Program-made: the position numbers and the translations under genes | Notes under the pieces: model-generated | What the model was told of the DNA's origin: nothing | Databases searched by the model: none | The model's input: only the letters and a program-made list of their open reading frames with translations | DNA from: Alphaproteobacteria bacterium | GTDB lineage: Bacteria; Pseudomonadota; Alphaproteobacteria; Rs-D84 | DNA: 64,000 nucleotides | Reading direction: 5' to 3' | Assembly: GCA_009784235.1 (NCBI GenBank) | Contig: WRCC01000003.1 | Location: forward strand, 72,984-136,983 | Shown here: positions 47,806 to 57,703 of the stretch, piece by piece | Layout of the letters: every line of letters begins with the position of its first letter | Numbering within the stretch: position 1 is the stretch's first letter

Positions 47806-47905
47806 ATTATGTTTTTTCATACTTGTATATTAGACAAGTATGAAAAAAGACATATATGGAACATAAACCTGTGGACACATACCGGACATACAAAACGCTA
47901 TTTTA
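47806..47905. repeat. Two long perfect hairpins downstream of the autotransporter gene
   Basis: ttttttcatacttgt-atattag-acaagtatgaaaaaa has a 15-bp stem. acataccggacata-caaaacgctatt-tatgtccggtatgt has a 14-bp stem. Confidence 0.7.
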
Positions 47906-47921
47906 TGTCCGGTATGTACTT

Positions 47922-50900
47922 TTAAAATTTATGACGTGCACCAATATTTATCATATACGACGTGTAAACAGCGCCCGTTTCATATGTAAATCCAGCGTAT
48001 CCGTATGACCGTTCGCCCAACGACACATTCGTTCCGGCGGCCAATTCCATGCCAGTGCCACGTGCGGATGTATGTATTTGTGCGCCGCCGAATCCGACAT
48101 TTTCATTCCCAAGCCATTCGCGGAATACACCGATTTCGACCCATGGTTTCCAAACAGATTGTGTGCCATTTGGCAAATAATTTGTCTGTAACGCTAGCTT
48201 TGTGTTGAATGCTGTGGTTGAATCGATATGAATATCATCTGCGAAATTCGTAGTCGCATTTGTTGATGGCGCATGTTTGAAGCGCAGTTCCATTTTTGGT
48301 TCCATAGACATGTGTGAACGTTGCTTTGTTCCGATATTCGCAAATTCCGGTGCGTGGAAGTAAAACAGTTTTCCGGTTTCCAATGATGTTGCAATAAAAT
48401 TGCGGTCTATATCGTATTCGACAGATTGGCCATTTGCGGCGATATTTTTCAAATCAGTATCAACCCAAAAATATCGTGCGGTTGCGTCAATAAACCATTT
48501 ATTGGATGAGCCGGATTTATGTATCCATGTTCCATATACACCGACGGATGGTGCGCGTGTTGTGCCGGTTCCGCGCTGACCATTCGATTGATGGATTCTT
48601 ATGTCGCTGGATTCCAGCATACCGGCCATAACACCGACATACATGCGGCCGGAATCAACATTTATCTGTCGGTCTATGCCACCTTCGAATCCAAGCAGAT
48701 TCATATCCGCATCGATATATTTGTGTATATCAAGATTTTTGCCGTATGCACGCGCCCAAACGCCATTATGGCGGCTTTTATCGTCACCGCGTAATTCTCC
48801 CAAACGTTTGCGTAATTCATTCATACCGGCCTTTACCACTGCCAAATGAATGACCGGAATAGCACCCGCGGTTTGCGCGGCGGATGTTATTACATAATCA
48901 GTATGAAGATACCAGTTTTCGTCCGCTTCTTGGATTAAATAATATTCGTGCGCGCCGGTATCGACCATCCCACCATTCAATGCGAATGTTGCAGATTTGT
49001 CCGTTGCATTTGTTAAATCAACAACCATGATATCTTGGGCAGACGGATCTGTTGCGCCGACAGATGTCACGAATATTGTCGTATCCCCGGTTGCGCCCAT
49101 GCCATCAACAACCAACTTATCCGTATTTGTCCCGGTTATATCAAACGACGTGTTTATATAAAGGTTTGCATTATCCGCACCCCACCAATTTACTGTTAAT
49201 GTATTAAATTGCGGTATGGTCGCCGCTGCCGGCATTATCATGGCGTATGCGGGTACTATTGCTTGACTGCGTATGTCTATATTCGCCCCATCGGTTACAA
49301 CCATACTGTTTGCTGTCGCACTTTCCAGAAAGAATACCGTTCCGCCGGAAATATTATTTGTGCCCATAAAGAAATCATTTGTCGCAACGATTGTATTTCC
49401 TGCTGTTTGACGGAATAATCCGGTGTATCCTGAATTTATACTTCCCGCGGCCAGATAAAGTGTTCCGTTATTTGACTTATTGATTGTGCCCAATCCTGCG
49501 ATGCCCCCGTCCAATGATACGGTATTGGCGGTACCGATGATGTTCATAACACTGGTCGCACCGTCCATATATATGTCGGCACCGTTGGTAATGGCTGTGT
49601 TCCCGGAAAATACAATATTGTCATTTGTAGAATCTAAATTAATTACTCCGTTCAAATGGTTGTAAATCGCGCCACCTGAATCTGCGGTGTTATTTGTAAA
49701 ACTGGTTCCGCCCGCTATGTTCAACGTCGCTGTCCCCATGTTGTAAATCGCACCGCCTTGGAATGCACTGTTGTTATCAAACCCAGTGGTATCGATATTT
49801 AACTTTACTGTATTATAGTTGATGATGGCGCCGCCCATTCCGGATGCTCCGGTGGTATAATTATTTGTAAATAATGAATCAGATATATTTACAGTCTTAT
49901 TCACGTTGTATGAAAATAGAGCGCCACCCATTGTTCCGCTGCTATTTTGATCAAATGTTGACGATGTTATGTTCGTCGTCCCCAAGCTTTCATCAAAAAT
50001 CGCACCCCCATAAATGGCGGTCGAATTATTTTGGAATAATACATTGTTGATGCCTAAACTGTTTGATGAAGCAGAGAGATATAATGCGCCGCCATTCCCA
50101 CTTGTGCTTGTTGTGTAATTTCCGATAAATGATCCATTACTTAACGTCAGACTGCTTGAGCTGTCGCCGAAAATTGCCCCGCCGTATGATACGGAATAAT
50201 TTCCGTTAAATGTAAATGTGTCTATTGTCATTGTGCTGTTGTTATAAATCGCACCACCACGCGAACCAGAGCTGTTAGTTTCAAATGAAACGCCCGTCAA
50301 ATTCATCTGGCCGCTGTTATAAATCGCGCCACCGTTTATGGTTGCGGTATTACTTACAAAGCTGGTGCCGGCGCCGATTGACATCGTGCTTGCCGTGCTC
50401 ATGTTACCCAATGCGCCACCGTTGTTTGCACTGTTGCCTTCGAAATATGAATTGTTTATTGTTGTCGCCCCTAAGATATTAAATATCGCGCCGCCATATC
50501 CATTCGATGCATTTAATGATTTGTTATTTGTAAATGATGAACCGCTGACATTTAATACGCTGCCGTTATTTGAAACATATATTGCGCCGCCGCGGGATGT
50601 CGTTGCGGTATTGTTATCAAATATTGAATTTGTGATATTAATAGTTGCCGGGGCGGACAATGTGCCTATATCTGAAATTGCCCCGCCGGTTGCGGCTGTG
50701 TTATTTGTAAATGTTGATTGGTCTATGGTTACCGTTCCTTGTTCGGCTGCAATTGCGCCGCCGCTGGATGATGCTGTGTTATTATCAAATAATACCCCCG
50801 TAACATTTAATGCACCCGCGCTGCCCAGACTGTTTATAGCGCCGCCCGAATTTGCAGTATTTTGTGCAAACGATCCGCCTGTGACGGTCAGGTTTCCAGT

Positions 50901-52361
50901 ATTTAATATCGCGCCGCCGTATCCACCACCGGCCGTGGAATTTTGTGTGAATTCTGCGCCGGATATATTTAATGTACCTGCGTTAAAAATCGCGCCGCCA
51001 CCGGTTGATGCAAGCGACTGGAACGATTGATTTTGTAAAAATGTTCCCCCCGATATTGTCATGCTGCCCAGATTATAAATCGCGCCGCCATCAAATGCGC
51101 TGTTGGTGGTAAAATCGGTATTTGTTAATGAAACCGTACCGCCCAATTCTGTATAAATCGCGCCGCCAAATCCCGATGTGGCGTTGGCCGTATTAGATGT
51201 AAAAGACGACCCGTTGATGGTTGTTGTGGCATTTGCAGTTGTGTAAACCGCACCGCCATTGCCGTATGCGATATTATTTTCAAACGTGCTGTCGGTTATG
51301 AAAAGCGAGTTTTCATAACCACCGGTAGAATAACTTGCAATCGCGCCGCCGTTGAAAGCCGTATTTCCATTAAAATCAGAATTGCTGATTTGGCCGCCGA
51401 CAAAATTCGCGACTATTACCGCACCGCCATATCCCATTGTTGCATTGGCATGATTTGTTGTAAATGTTGCGCCGTCAACCGTGAATACGCTGGCGGCTGA
51501 TGCCATTACCGCGCCACCGAATACACTGGCCGTATTGGATTCAAAAGTGCCGCCGACTATACTTAAAGATGATCCGGCCCCGTTGTAAATCGCGCCGGCA
51601 TTTCCCGCAATATTGTTTGTAAAATTCGCATCTGTTATTACAAGCGCAGCCGCATTGTAAATCCCCGCGCCATACCCGGTTGTACTGGAATTAGCATTAA
51701 ATGTCGTTCCATCAATCGTCATTGCGCCAGACATATTTTGAATGGCCGCTTTTGATACAACAAAGGTATTTGAATCAAAAGTTCCGCCTGTGATGCTGAC
51801 ATTTCCGCCATTGTTATAGATAAGGCCGTTATAATTCAAGCCATTATTAGTATTATTCGAAAAAGTCGAATTATTGATTGTTAAACCAGCGCCCGCATCC
51901 GTTTGAACAACTGTATTCAATGTATTACCAGTTACAGTTACCGTGTCCAAAACCATGCTGTATCTATTTTCAAAAAGTGGGTTTGAATATGACCCCAATA
52001 CCGCGCCTGTTAAAATAACATTATTTATATTTGTGTTCACCGTATTATTCAAAATATATTTTCCAACTCCTAAATTTATGGTCGATGGATTTGACGTGTC
52101 CGCGCTTGTAATTGTGACACCCGACGGAACTGTAACAACTGTTGTTGATGCTTCGGCGGATGTATATCCGGCCGCGATAACAATCGTATCGCCATCAACC
52201 AACAACCCAGATGCGATGACATCATGCACGGTTGCATAATCCCCTGGTCCAACGGTATATGTCGCAGCAATAGCTGAATTTATTACTAAGCTTGGCGGCA
52301 CCCCTGATAGTATTACTAATAAATATTTGATATGGTTTTTCATAATTACCCCTTTTTTCAT
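47922..52361 (-). CDS. Very large Pmp-repeat (GGAI / FxxN motif) autotransporter-type surface protein with a C-terminal beta-barrel translocator
   Basis: 1479 aa with signal peptide. Dozens of degenerate repeats containing GGAIYN, FTNN, FDNN, FESN and similar motifs. The C-terminal ~280 aa are beta-barrel-like and end ...NIGARHKF. Confidence 0.8.
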   Translation of the reverse strand: MKKGVIMKNHIKYLLVILSGVPPSLVINSAIAATYTVGPGDYATVHDVIASGLLVDGDTIVIAAGYTSAEASTTVVTVPSGVTITSADTSNPSTINLGVGKYILNNTVNTNINNVILTGAVLGSYSNPLFENRYSMVLDTVTVTGNTLNTVVQTDAGAGLTINNSTFSNNTNNGLNYNGLIYNNGGNVSITGGTFDSNTFVVSKAAIQNMSGAMTIDGTTFNANSSTTGYGAGIYNAAALVITDANFTNNIAGNAGAIYNGAGSSLSIVGGTFESNTASVFGGAVMASAASVFTVDGATFTTNHANATMGYGGAVIVANFVGGQISNSDFNGNTAFNGGAIASYSTGGYENSLFITDSTFENNIAYGNGGAVYTTANATTTINGSSFTSNTANATSGFGGAIYTELGGTVSLTNTDFTTNSAFDGGAIYNLGSMTISGGTFLQNQSFQSLASTGGGAIFNAGTLNISGAEFTQNSTAGGGYGGAILNTGNLTVTGGSFAQNTANSGGAINSLGSAGALNVTGVLFDNNTASSSGGAIAAEQGTVTIDQSTFTNNTAATGGAISDIGTLSAPATINITNSIFDNNTATTSRGGAIYVSNNGSVLNVSGSSFTNNKSLNASNGYGGAIFNILGATTINNSYFEGNSANNGGALGNMSTASTMSIGAGTSFVSNTATINGGAIYNSGQMNLTGVSFETNSSGSRGGAIYNNSTMTIDTFTFNGNYSVSYGGAIFGDSSSSLTLSNGSFIGNYTTSTSGNGGALYLSASSNSLGINNVLFQNNSTAIYGGAIFDESLGTTNITSSTFDQNSSGTMGGALFSYNVNKTVNISDSLFTNNYTTGASGMGGAIINYNTVKLNIDTTGFDNNSAFQGGAIYNMGTATLNIAGGTSFTNNTADSGGAIYNHLNGVINLDSTNDNIVFSGNTAITNGADIYMDGATSVMNIIGTANTVSLDGGIAGLGTINKSNNGTLYLAAGSINSGYTGLFRQTAGNTIVATNDFFMGTNNISGGTVFFLESATANSMVVTDGANIDIRSQAIVPAYAMIMPAAATIPQFNTLTVNWWGADNANLYINTSFDITGTNTDKLVVDGMGATGDTTIFVTSVGATDPSAQDIMVVDLTNATDKSATFALNGGMVDTGAHEYYLIQEADENWYLHTDYVITSAAQTAGAIPVIHLAVVKAGMNELRKRLGELRGDDKSRHNGVWARAYGKNLDIHKYIDADMNLLGFEGGIDRQINVDSGRMYVGVMAGMLESSDIRIHQSNGQRGTGTTRAPSVGVYGTWIHKSGSSNKWFIDATARYFWVDTDLKNIAANGQSVEYDIDRNFIATSLETGKLFYFHAPEFANIGTKQRSHMSMEPKMELRFKHAPSTNATTNFADDIHIDSTTAFNTKLALQTNYLPNGTQSVWKPWVEIGVFREWLGNENVGFGGAQIHTSARGTGMELAAGTNVSLGERSYGYAGFTYETGAVYTSYMINIGARHKF

Positions 52362-52551
52362 ATTCTACGGAAAACAAGAGAACTTTAACATTGGACAGTA
52401 ATCCCAAAAAAGCAGCCGAAATGGTAAAACACAGGTGTTTTTGTAATCTGCGGTGCAGCACAGCATGCGGGACATAGAAATTAAAAATCTGAAATAAAAA
52501 CCCGCAAATCCTTTGTGACTGCGGGTTATATTTTTTATAACAGACTATTTT

Positions 52552-53793
52552 TTAATTACCCAATAATCTGAACATATTCTTTTTATAATCTTCGACGCCC
52601 GGCTGGTCGAACGGATTCACGCCCAGCATATATCCACTGATGCCGCATGCTTTTTCAAAAAAGTAAATCAGTTGACCCAAATAATATTCATCCAATTTCG
52701 GCATTTCGATTTTTATATTTGGAACACCACCATCAATATGCGCCTGCAAAGTGCCCAGTTCCGCCATTTTATTGACCGCATCGATTCGCCTGCCCGCGAT
52801 ATAATTCAGCCCGTCCAAGTTATTGGCATCTATCGGTATTTCCAACTTGCTGTTCGGTTCCGTAATTGAAATTACGGTTTCAAAAATGGAACGTTCGCCG
52901 TCTTGAATCCATTGACCCATAGAATGCAAATCAGTTGTAAAGTTCAGGTTGGCTGGGAAAATTCCTTTGTGTTCTTTACCTTCGCTTTCGCCGAACAATT
53001 GTTTCCACCATTCGGATATAGAGTGCAGCTTTGGATGATAATTGACCAGTATCTCTATCTTTTTCCCTGAATCATACAATGCATTTCGCACAGCGGCATA
53101 TTGCATTGCTGGATTTTTATCGAAAATTGCATCGGCGCAAATCTTTTCCATCGCCCGCGCGCCATCGATTAATTTTCGAATATCAAACCCGGCGGCCGCA
53201 ATAGGCAGCAATCCGACAGGCGTCAAAACTGAAAATCGCCCACCAACATCATCCGGAATTACAAAGAATTTATAACCCCGACGGTCGCACAGTTCGCGCA
53301 GCGCCCCGCGCGATTTATCGGTTATACATACTATTTCCACGGCCGCGCCAGACAACAAACGGAATGCAATTGCTGGTTCAATCGTCGTGCCAGATTTGGA
53401 AATACAAATGACGCCGAATTTTTTACCGGCCAAAAATTCCAACAATTCGGCCAAATAATCTTCGCTGATATTATGGCCGGCGTAAATAATTTTGGGCGCC
53501 AAAAAACTGTTTGATACAGCATCGATAACAGCGCGCGCGCCCAGATAACTGCCCCCGATGCCAATGACAACAATAACTTCGCATTTTTCGCGCAAATTTT
53601 TGGCCGTGCTTTCAATATCGGATATCAATTTTTCGTCAGCCACGGATGGCAAATTCAGCCAACCCAACCATTCGACGCCCGCATCTGTACCATCATGCAG
53701 CGCACGGTTTGCATTTTCTGCCCTGGCTTTATAGCCATCAATTACCGTCGGTGAAACCGTCGAATTATCAATAAAGATTTCAATATTTTTCAT
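52552..53793 (-). CDS. pgi: Glucose-6-phosphate isomerase (short-type)
   Basis: 413 aa; [13 protein letters not shown], a SIS-domain pattern, and C-terminal catalytic region [24 protein letters not shown]. Confidence 0.9.
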   Translation of the reverse strand: MKNIEIFIDNSTVSPTVIDGYKARAENANRALHDGTDAGVEWLGWLNLPSVADEKLISDIESTAKNLREKCEVIVVIGIGGSYLGARAVIDAVSNSFLAPKIIYAGHNISEDYLAELLEFLAGKKFGVICISKSGTTIEPAIAFRLLSGAAVEIVCITDKSRGALRELCDRRGYKFFVIPDDVGGRFSVLTPVGLLPIAAAGFDIRKLIDGARAMEKICADAIFDKNPAMQYAAVRNALYDSGKKIEILVNYHPKLHSISEWWKQLFGESEGKEHKGIFPANLNFTTDLHSMGQWIQDGERSIFETVISITEPNSKLEIPIDANNLDGLNYIAGRRIDAVNKMAELGTLQAHIDGGVPNIKIEMPKLDEYYLGQLIYFFEKACGISGYMLGVNPFDQPGVEDYKKNMFRLLGN

Positions 53794-53861
53794 TCACTTA
53801 CCCTTTTAATAGACACAGGGGCGGAAAATCTTCCGCCCCTATTTTAATTCACAATAACAAT

Positions 53862-54341
53862 CTATTCCGGTTTTTTGACACCATATTGCGCGATACCGAT
53901 TGTCAATCCACCGGGTATTAAATATACCCCGAATTTCATACCCGCCGCATATTCATTGGCAAACAAGGGCTTCGCGCCGGCCGCGACTATCTTTGCATGC
54001 GTTGCATCGTAATCTTTAACGGTCAGATATACTATAGTATGCGGTGCTGGTTTTGAACCATCTGGCAAAGTCGGAACTTCCATAACACCGGCGAATGGCC
54101 AGAATTGCCCGCGTGCTTTCAAGCTGTGATAATCCATTCCGCCCGCTGCGGTTTCGGAAAACTTTTCATTGCTGATTCCAAAGTTATCCTTCAAAAATTG
54201 CATGGTTTCGGCCGGCGCCGAGGAATAGAATTCAGTCCAGCTGGCCGCGCCTTCATTCTTCATCGGGTTTGCCTTCATAAACACCCAACCCGCCACAATC
54301 AGCAGCGCCAACAATACAAAAAATCCAACTTTCCAGAACAT
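53862..54341 (-). CDS. Membrane-anchored VOC/glyoxalase-like domain protein
   Basis: N-terminal TM helix. The C-terminal half resembles one glyoxalase beta-alpha-beta-beta-beta module (HTIVYLTVKDYDATHAKIVAAGAK...). Confidence 0.4.
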   Translation of the reverse strand: MFWKVGFFVLLALLIVAGWVFMKANPMKNEGAASWTEFYSSAPAETMQFLKDNFGISNEKFSETAAGGMDYHSLKARGQFWPFAGVMEVPTLPDGSKPAPHTIVYLTVKDYDATHAKIVAAGAKPLFANEYAAGMKFGVYLIPGGLTIGIAQYGVKKPE

Positions 54342-54457
54342 GTTTTATCCTTTTGGTTAATGGTAAAATTATATCATATTATGCGGAACAATACAAAATG
54401 AATAAAAACATAATCGCGCCAAAGGCGCGATTAAAAGAATCAGAAACAAAATTATAA

Positions 54458-56050
54458 CTAATTTAATGGAGCGCCCCAGTTTTGTTGGATACTACGTTCC
54501 GCATCCATAGGAGAAACGAGAACCTGCGGGGTCAGCATAACAACCAACACATCACGCGTCGATGCAGATTCGCGTGAACCCGACAACGCCATAAAGTCTG
54601 GTTTGCCCAATCCATAACGCGTGTCATTGTTCGTCTGGCGTTCAAATCCAGACAATACCAACATCTGGCCCGATTCCATAATTACCTCTTGCATGAATGA
54701 ACGTTCTTCAACATCTGGCAATTGCAGTGTGACCGAACCAATCGTTGTTGTGTTCATGGTCAATAATTCGCGCACCGACATCCGGAATAACAATAATATT
54801 TTCCCGCCATCCAAAACATTTGGTAACAGCTGCATCGAAAATCCGGTTTCAAGCGTGTCCTGGTCAACTGTTGATGATTCCACAGTTGTAAAGTTACGTG
54901 ATTCAAATCGGCGTATGTATCCGGTTGAACGTGTATTCGACACCGGCGCAATTCGGTTGTTGCGCGTCGTGACGCCGACGTTCGTGACCAATGAAACCTT
55001 GCCCTGTTTGGCCAACGCGTTAATCAAAGCACTGGAACCGGCAACCGGTGACAATGAGCCATTACGTATCTGGTCAGGCGAATAAGTATCGGGAATCCCT
55101 GTTGCCGCACCCGCCACAGCATTCGACAAGACTGCGATGTTCAAGCTGGACGATTCAGTGGTCAGCAAATTATTGCCTGGATTCGCGACCAAGTTCAATC
55201 CAGACGCCGAATTAATCGCCGCCGCTAAATTCAAACCAAATGCAGAATTATTTGATATGGAAACTTGCAAGACTTTGACGTCAATCGTAACCAATTGCGA
55301 CAGACGGTGATTTTGTTTATCTATATATTCAGACACGCGCGATTGCAGTGATGGCGGCGCAGTAACGGTAATTGTGCCCAACGAACGCGATACGCTGAAC
55401 TTTGCGTTGTCAGATGTTCCAACTATACTGGCGATGGCTTTTTCAACTTCTTCCCATTCGCGCAGTTGTGATTCCAGCGCAACCACGTTTCCATCATCAG
55501 TGCGCATTTGGGAATGGAAATTCACATCGGTGCCCAATGCATGCAAAGTAAATGTCTTGGTTTCCGTTTCAAAAAACACAACCGATTGTTTATCATAATA
55601 CCATAACAAATCCAAGTCCGTCGCAACCTGGGACAACAGACCAGACAATTTGCCCGTATAAGCAATATTCATGGTGCGTTTTAATTTTTCTGGGTTTATC
55701 TGACTGTCTATCTTTACCGGAATATTTGTAACCGAATGAATATTATTCGCCAAAACCTGTAATGATACAGGTTCCGACAATAATATGGTTATCCCTGTAT
55801 CCGATTCGAATTCGCGCGGCAGATTATTGCGATGCGCCAGCGTCGTTGATTGATTGCCCAGCCATACGCTTTCGGAAACGGACACAGTATCATTCGACCG
55901 TTTTGCCGTCGGCTGTTTCGCCATCTGGAACGCGTCATACGCATTCATAAAATCCTGGTCAACCGTTGCGGCAACTTGGCGCGATTCTTGACGCGCACAG
56001 CCCACAGTTACCAAGACCACTGTAAATATCGCTATGATTTTTTTCATCAC
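54458..56050 (-). CDS. Secretin lipoprotein (type IVb/ICE-type PilN-like secretin)
   Basis: Lipobox LVTVGC. The C-terminal secretin domain ends ...RDVLVVMLTPQVL. It is paired with a TcpQ-domain gene upstream. Confidence 0.78.
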   Translation of the reverse strand: MMKKIIAIFTVVLVTVGCARQESRQVAATVDQDFMNAYDAFQMAKQPTAKRSNDTVSVSESVWLGNQSTTLAHRNNLPREFESDTGITILLSEPVSLQVLANNIHSVTNIPVKIDSQINPEKLKRTMNIAYTGKLSGLLSQVATDLDLLWYYDKQSVVFFETETKTFTLHALGTDVNFHSQMRTDDGNVVALESQLREWEEVEKAIASIVGTSDNAKFSVSRSLGTITVTAPPSLQSRVSEYIDKQNHRLSQLVTIDVKVLQVSISNNSAFGLNLAAAINSASGLNLVANPGNNLLTTESSSLNIAVLSNAVAGAATGIPDTYSPDQIRNGSLSPVAGSSALINALAKQGKVSLVTNVGVTTRNNRIAPVSNTRSTGYIRRFESRNFTTVESSTVDQDTLETGFSMQLLPNVLDGGKILLLFRMSVRELLTMNTTTIGSVTLQLPDVEERSFMQEVIMESGQMLVLSGFERQTNNDTRYGLGKPDFMALSGSRESASTRDVLVVMLTPQVLVSPMDAERSIQQNWGAPLN

Positions 56051-56069
56051 AAGCTCTCTCTGTTTCTAT

Positions 56070-57014
56070 TTATTCCCCGCTGGCCGTCGATACTACGATG
56101 ACACGGTTTCCTTTGTAAAATTTTGCATAAGGCGTTGGGTTGGCACGTGAAAAATTACGAACCAATGCCGATGACACATCCATAAAGCGTCCTTTGAATA
56201 CCGCAGATGCCTGGACTGGATATTCACGCGATGTTGCCCAAACCAAATCCCATCCTTCTTTGTTTGCCCAATCTTGCAATACTTCACGCAATGTTTGACC
56301 GGACGCCACAACCCATGAACGAATTTGGTCATCGCCGTTGACTGGTTCCAGTTCGTCTTCACATGGTTCTTCGACCGCGAATTCATGGCCACCAAACATT
56401 GCGCCGCCGCCCATTACCGCACCACGGTCGATATTATTTTCAATGAACACGCCATTGCGTGCAATTTGTTGTTGACGCGCGATACGACCGGACCGGGACA
56501 TCGCCAAAACCGCACCACCATCGTCTTCGAGCATTTCGGCATGCATCAATGGCATGCGTGCCTGGCCTTCGAATATATTAAATCCAGCAGGCGCCGGCGA
56601 TACGTGGACTAAATTCGCGCCACCGGAAAATACATTCGGGTCAATCCCGCGCGCGCCCATATTGATATTGTTTTCGACAACCAAGTCCGCGCCGATATTT
56701 GAAACTATGCGAATATTGTCGGATGGCGACGACGACGCGTCACCAAATTGCATGTCTACATCGGAACCAGGCAACGGCCATGTCGGAAATTGGTCACCGT
56801 GCGACTGAAATTGAATTTGTGGCAATTCGCCCGGTTGAAATTGATAAATTGCCGGTGCCGCCGCAATCGGTTCACCGCCGCAACCGGTAAAGTGACCCGA
56901 TGGGTCATAACCGCACTGGACTGCATCTGGTTCCCAAACATGCGGCAAAGGTTGTGCAAAAGCATACCCAACGCAAGTCGCAAAAAGCGCGAAAATAAAG
57001 AGATTTCGGAACAT
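56070..57014 (-). CDS. PilL-like protein with a C-terminal TcpQ (toxin-coregulated-pilus Q) domain
   Basis: Signal peptide. The C-terminus reads SWVVASGQTLREVLQDWANKEGWDLVWATSREYPVQASAVFKGRFMDVSSALVRNF, a TcpQ_C-like pattern. Confidence 0.6.
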   Translation of the reverse strand: MFRNLFIFALFATCVGYAFAQPLPHVWEPDAVQCGYDPSGHFTGCGGEPIAAAPAIYQFQPGELPQIQFQSHGDQFPTWPLPGSDVDMQFGDASSSPSDNIRIVSNIGADLVVENNINMGARGIDPNVFSGGANLVHVSPAPAGFNIFEGQARMPLMHAEMLEDDGGAVLAMSRSGRIARQQQIARNGVFIENNIDRGAVMGGGAMFGGHEFAVEEPCEDELEPVNGDDQIRSWVVASGQTLREVLQDWANKEGWDLVWATSREYPVQASAVFKGRFMDVSSALVRNFSRANPTPYAKFYKGNRVIVVSTASGE

Positions 57015-57151
57015 TATTGGCTTCCTTTCCTATAATTATAAATAGATTATAACGACTTGGCCGAATCGAGGCAAGGGGAAAATAACAGCCAAAGACCGGA
57101 TTGCTAATTGATAATTTTTTTGTTACAATCCCATCAAACAAAGGCACATGT

Positions 57152-57703
57152 ATGAACTTTACAAATTTTGAAATTATAATGTTAATGATGTCTGGTGCAA
57201 TTTTTATAGCCATGGTCGTATTATTGATTTTCGCCGCGGGCGCGAGCAAAAAAATAAAAAATTTGGAATCTGCGGTCGCACGCCAGAATTCTGTGCTGTC
57301 CAAAATGTCGGGCGCATTTCGTGCCAAAGTGGCCAGCGATGCAATCGCACAAAACGCCGAAATTATTTACCAAGATATGTTACAAAATATTGCGCCGATT
57401 GTGGCCGCGTTGGAAATAAAACCACGCGATACAAATGAACATGACCTGTGGCGCAGTATCGGCGGACTGCTGGATGAATACACGAAAAATCCATTTGTTC
57501 TGGAACAATTGCGCCGATTAATAAAACTGGATTCCGCATCGACGCGCAAAGCAGATGCATTTTTGATGCGCGGCGAACAATTGCTGCACCATCTGTCCAA
57601 CGCCGACCCGGATGGATTATTGGCCGCAACATTCACGGATGGCTTGCTGGGCCAAGCGATGACCCTGCTGGCCCAGGCAAAGCAACTTGCCAATGCTAAC
57701 TGA
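57152..57703 (+). CDS. Hypothetical single-TM protein. The ATG is at 57152; the ORF track starts further upstream.
   Basis: AAGG ribosome-binding site, an N-terminal TM segment and a helical coiled-coil-like remainder. Its 3' end overlaps the sufB start. Confidence 0.4.
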   Translation: MNFTNFEIIMLMMSGAIFIAMVVLLIFAAGASKKIKNLESAVARQNSVLSKMSGAFRAKVASDAIAQNAEIIYQDMLQNIAPIVAALEIKPRDTNEHDLWRSIGGLLDEYTKNPFVLEQLRRLIKLDSASTRKADAFLMRGEQLLHHLSNADPDGLLAATFTDGLLGQAMTLLAQAKQLANAN

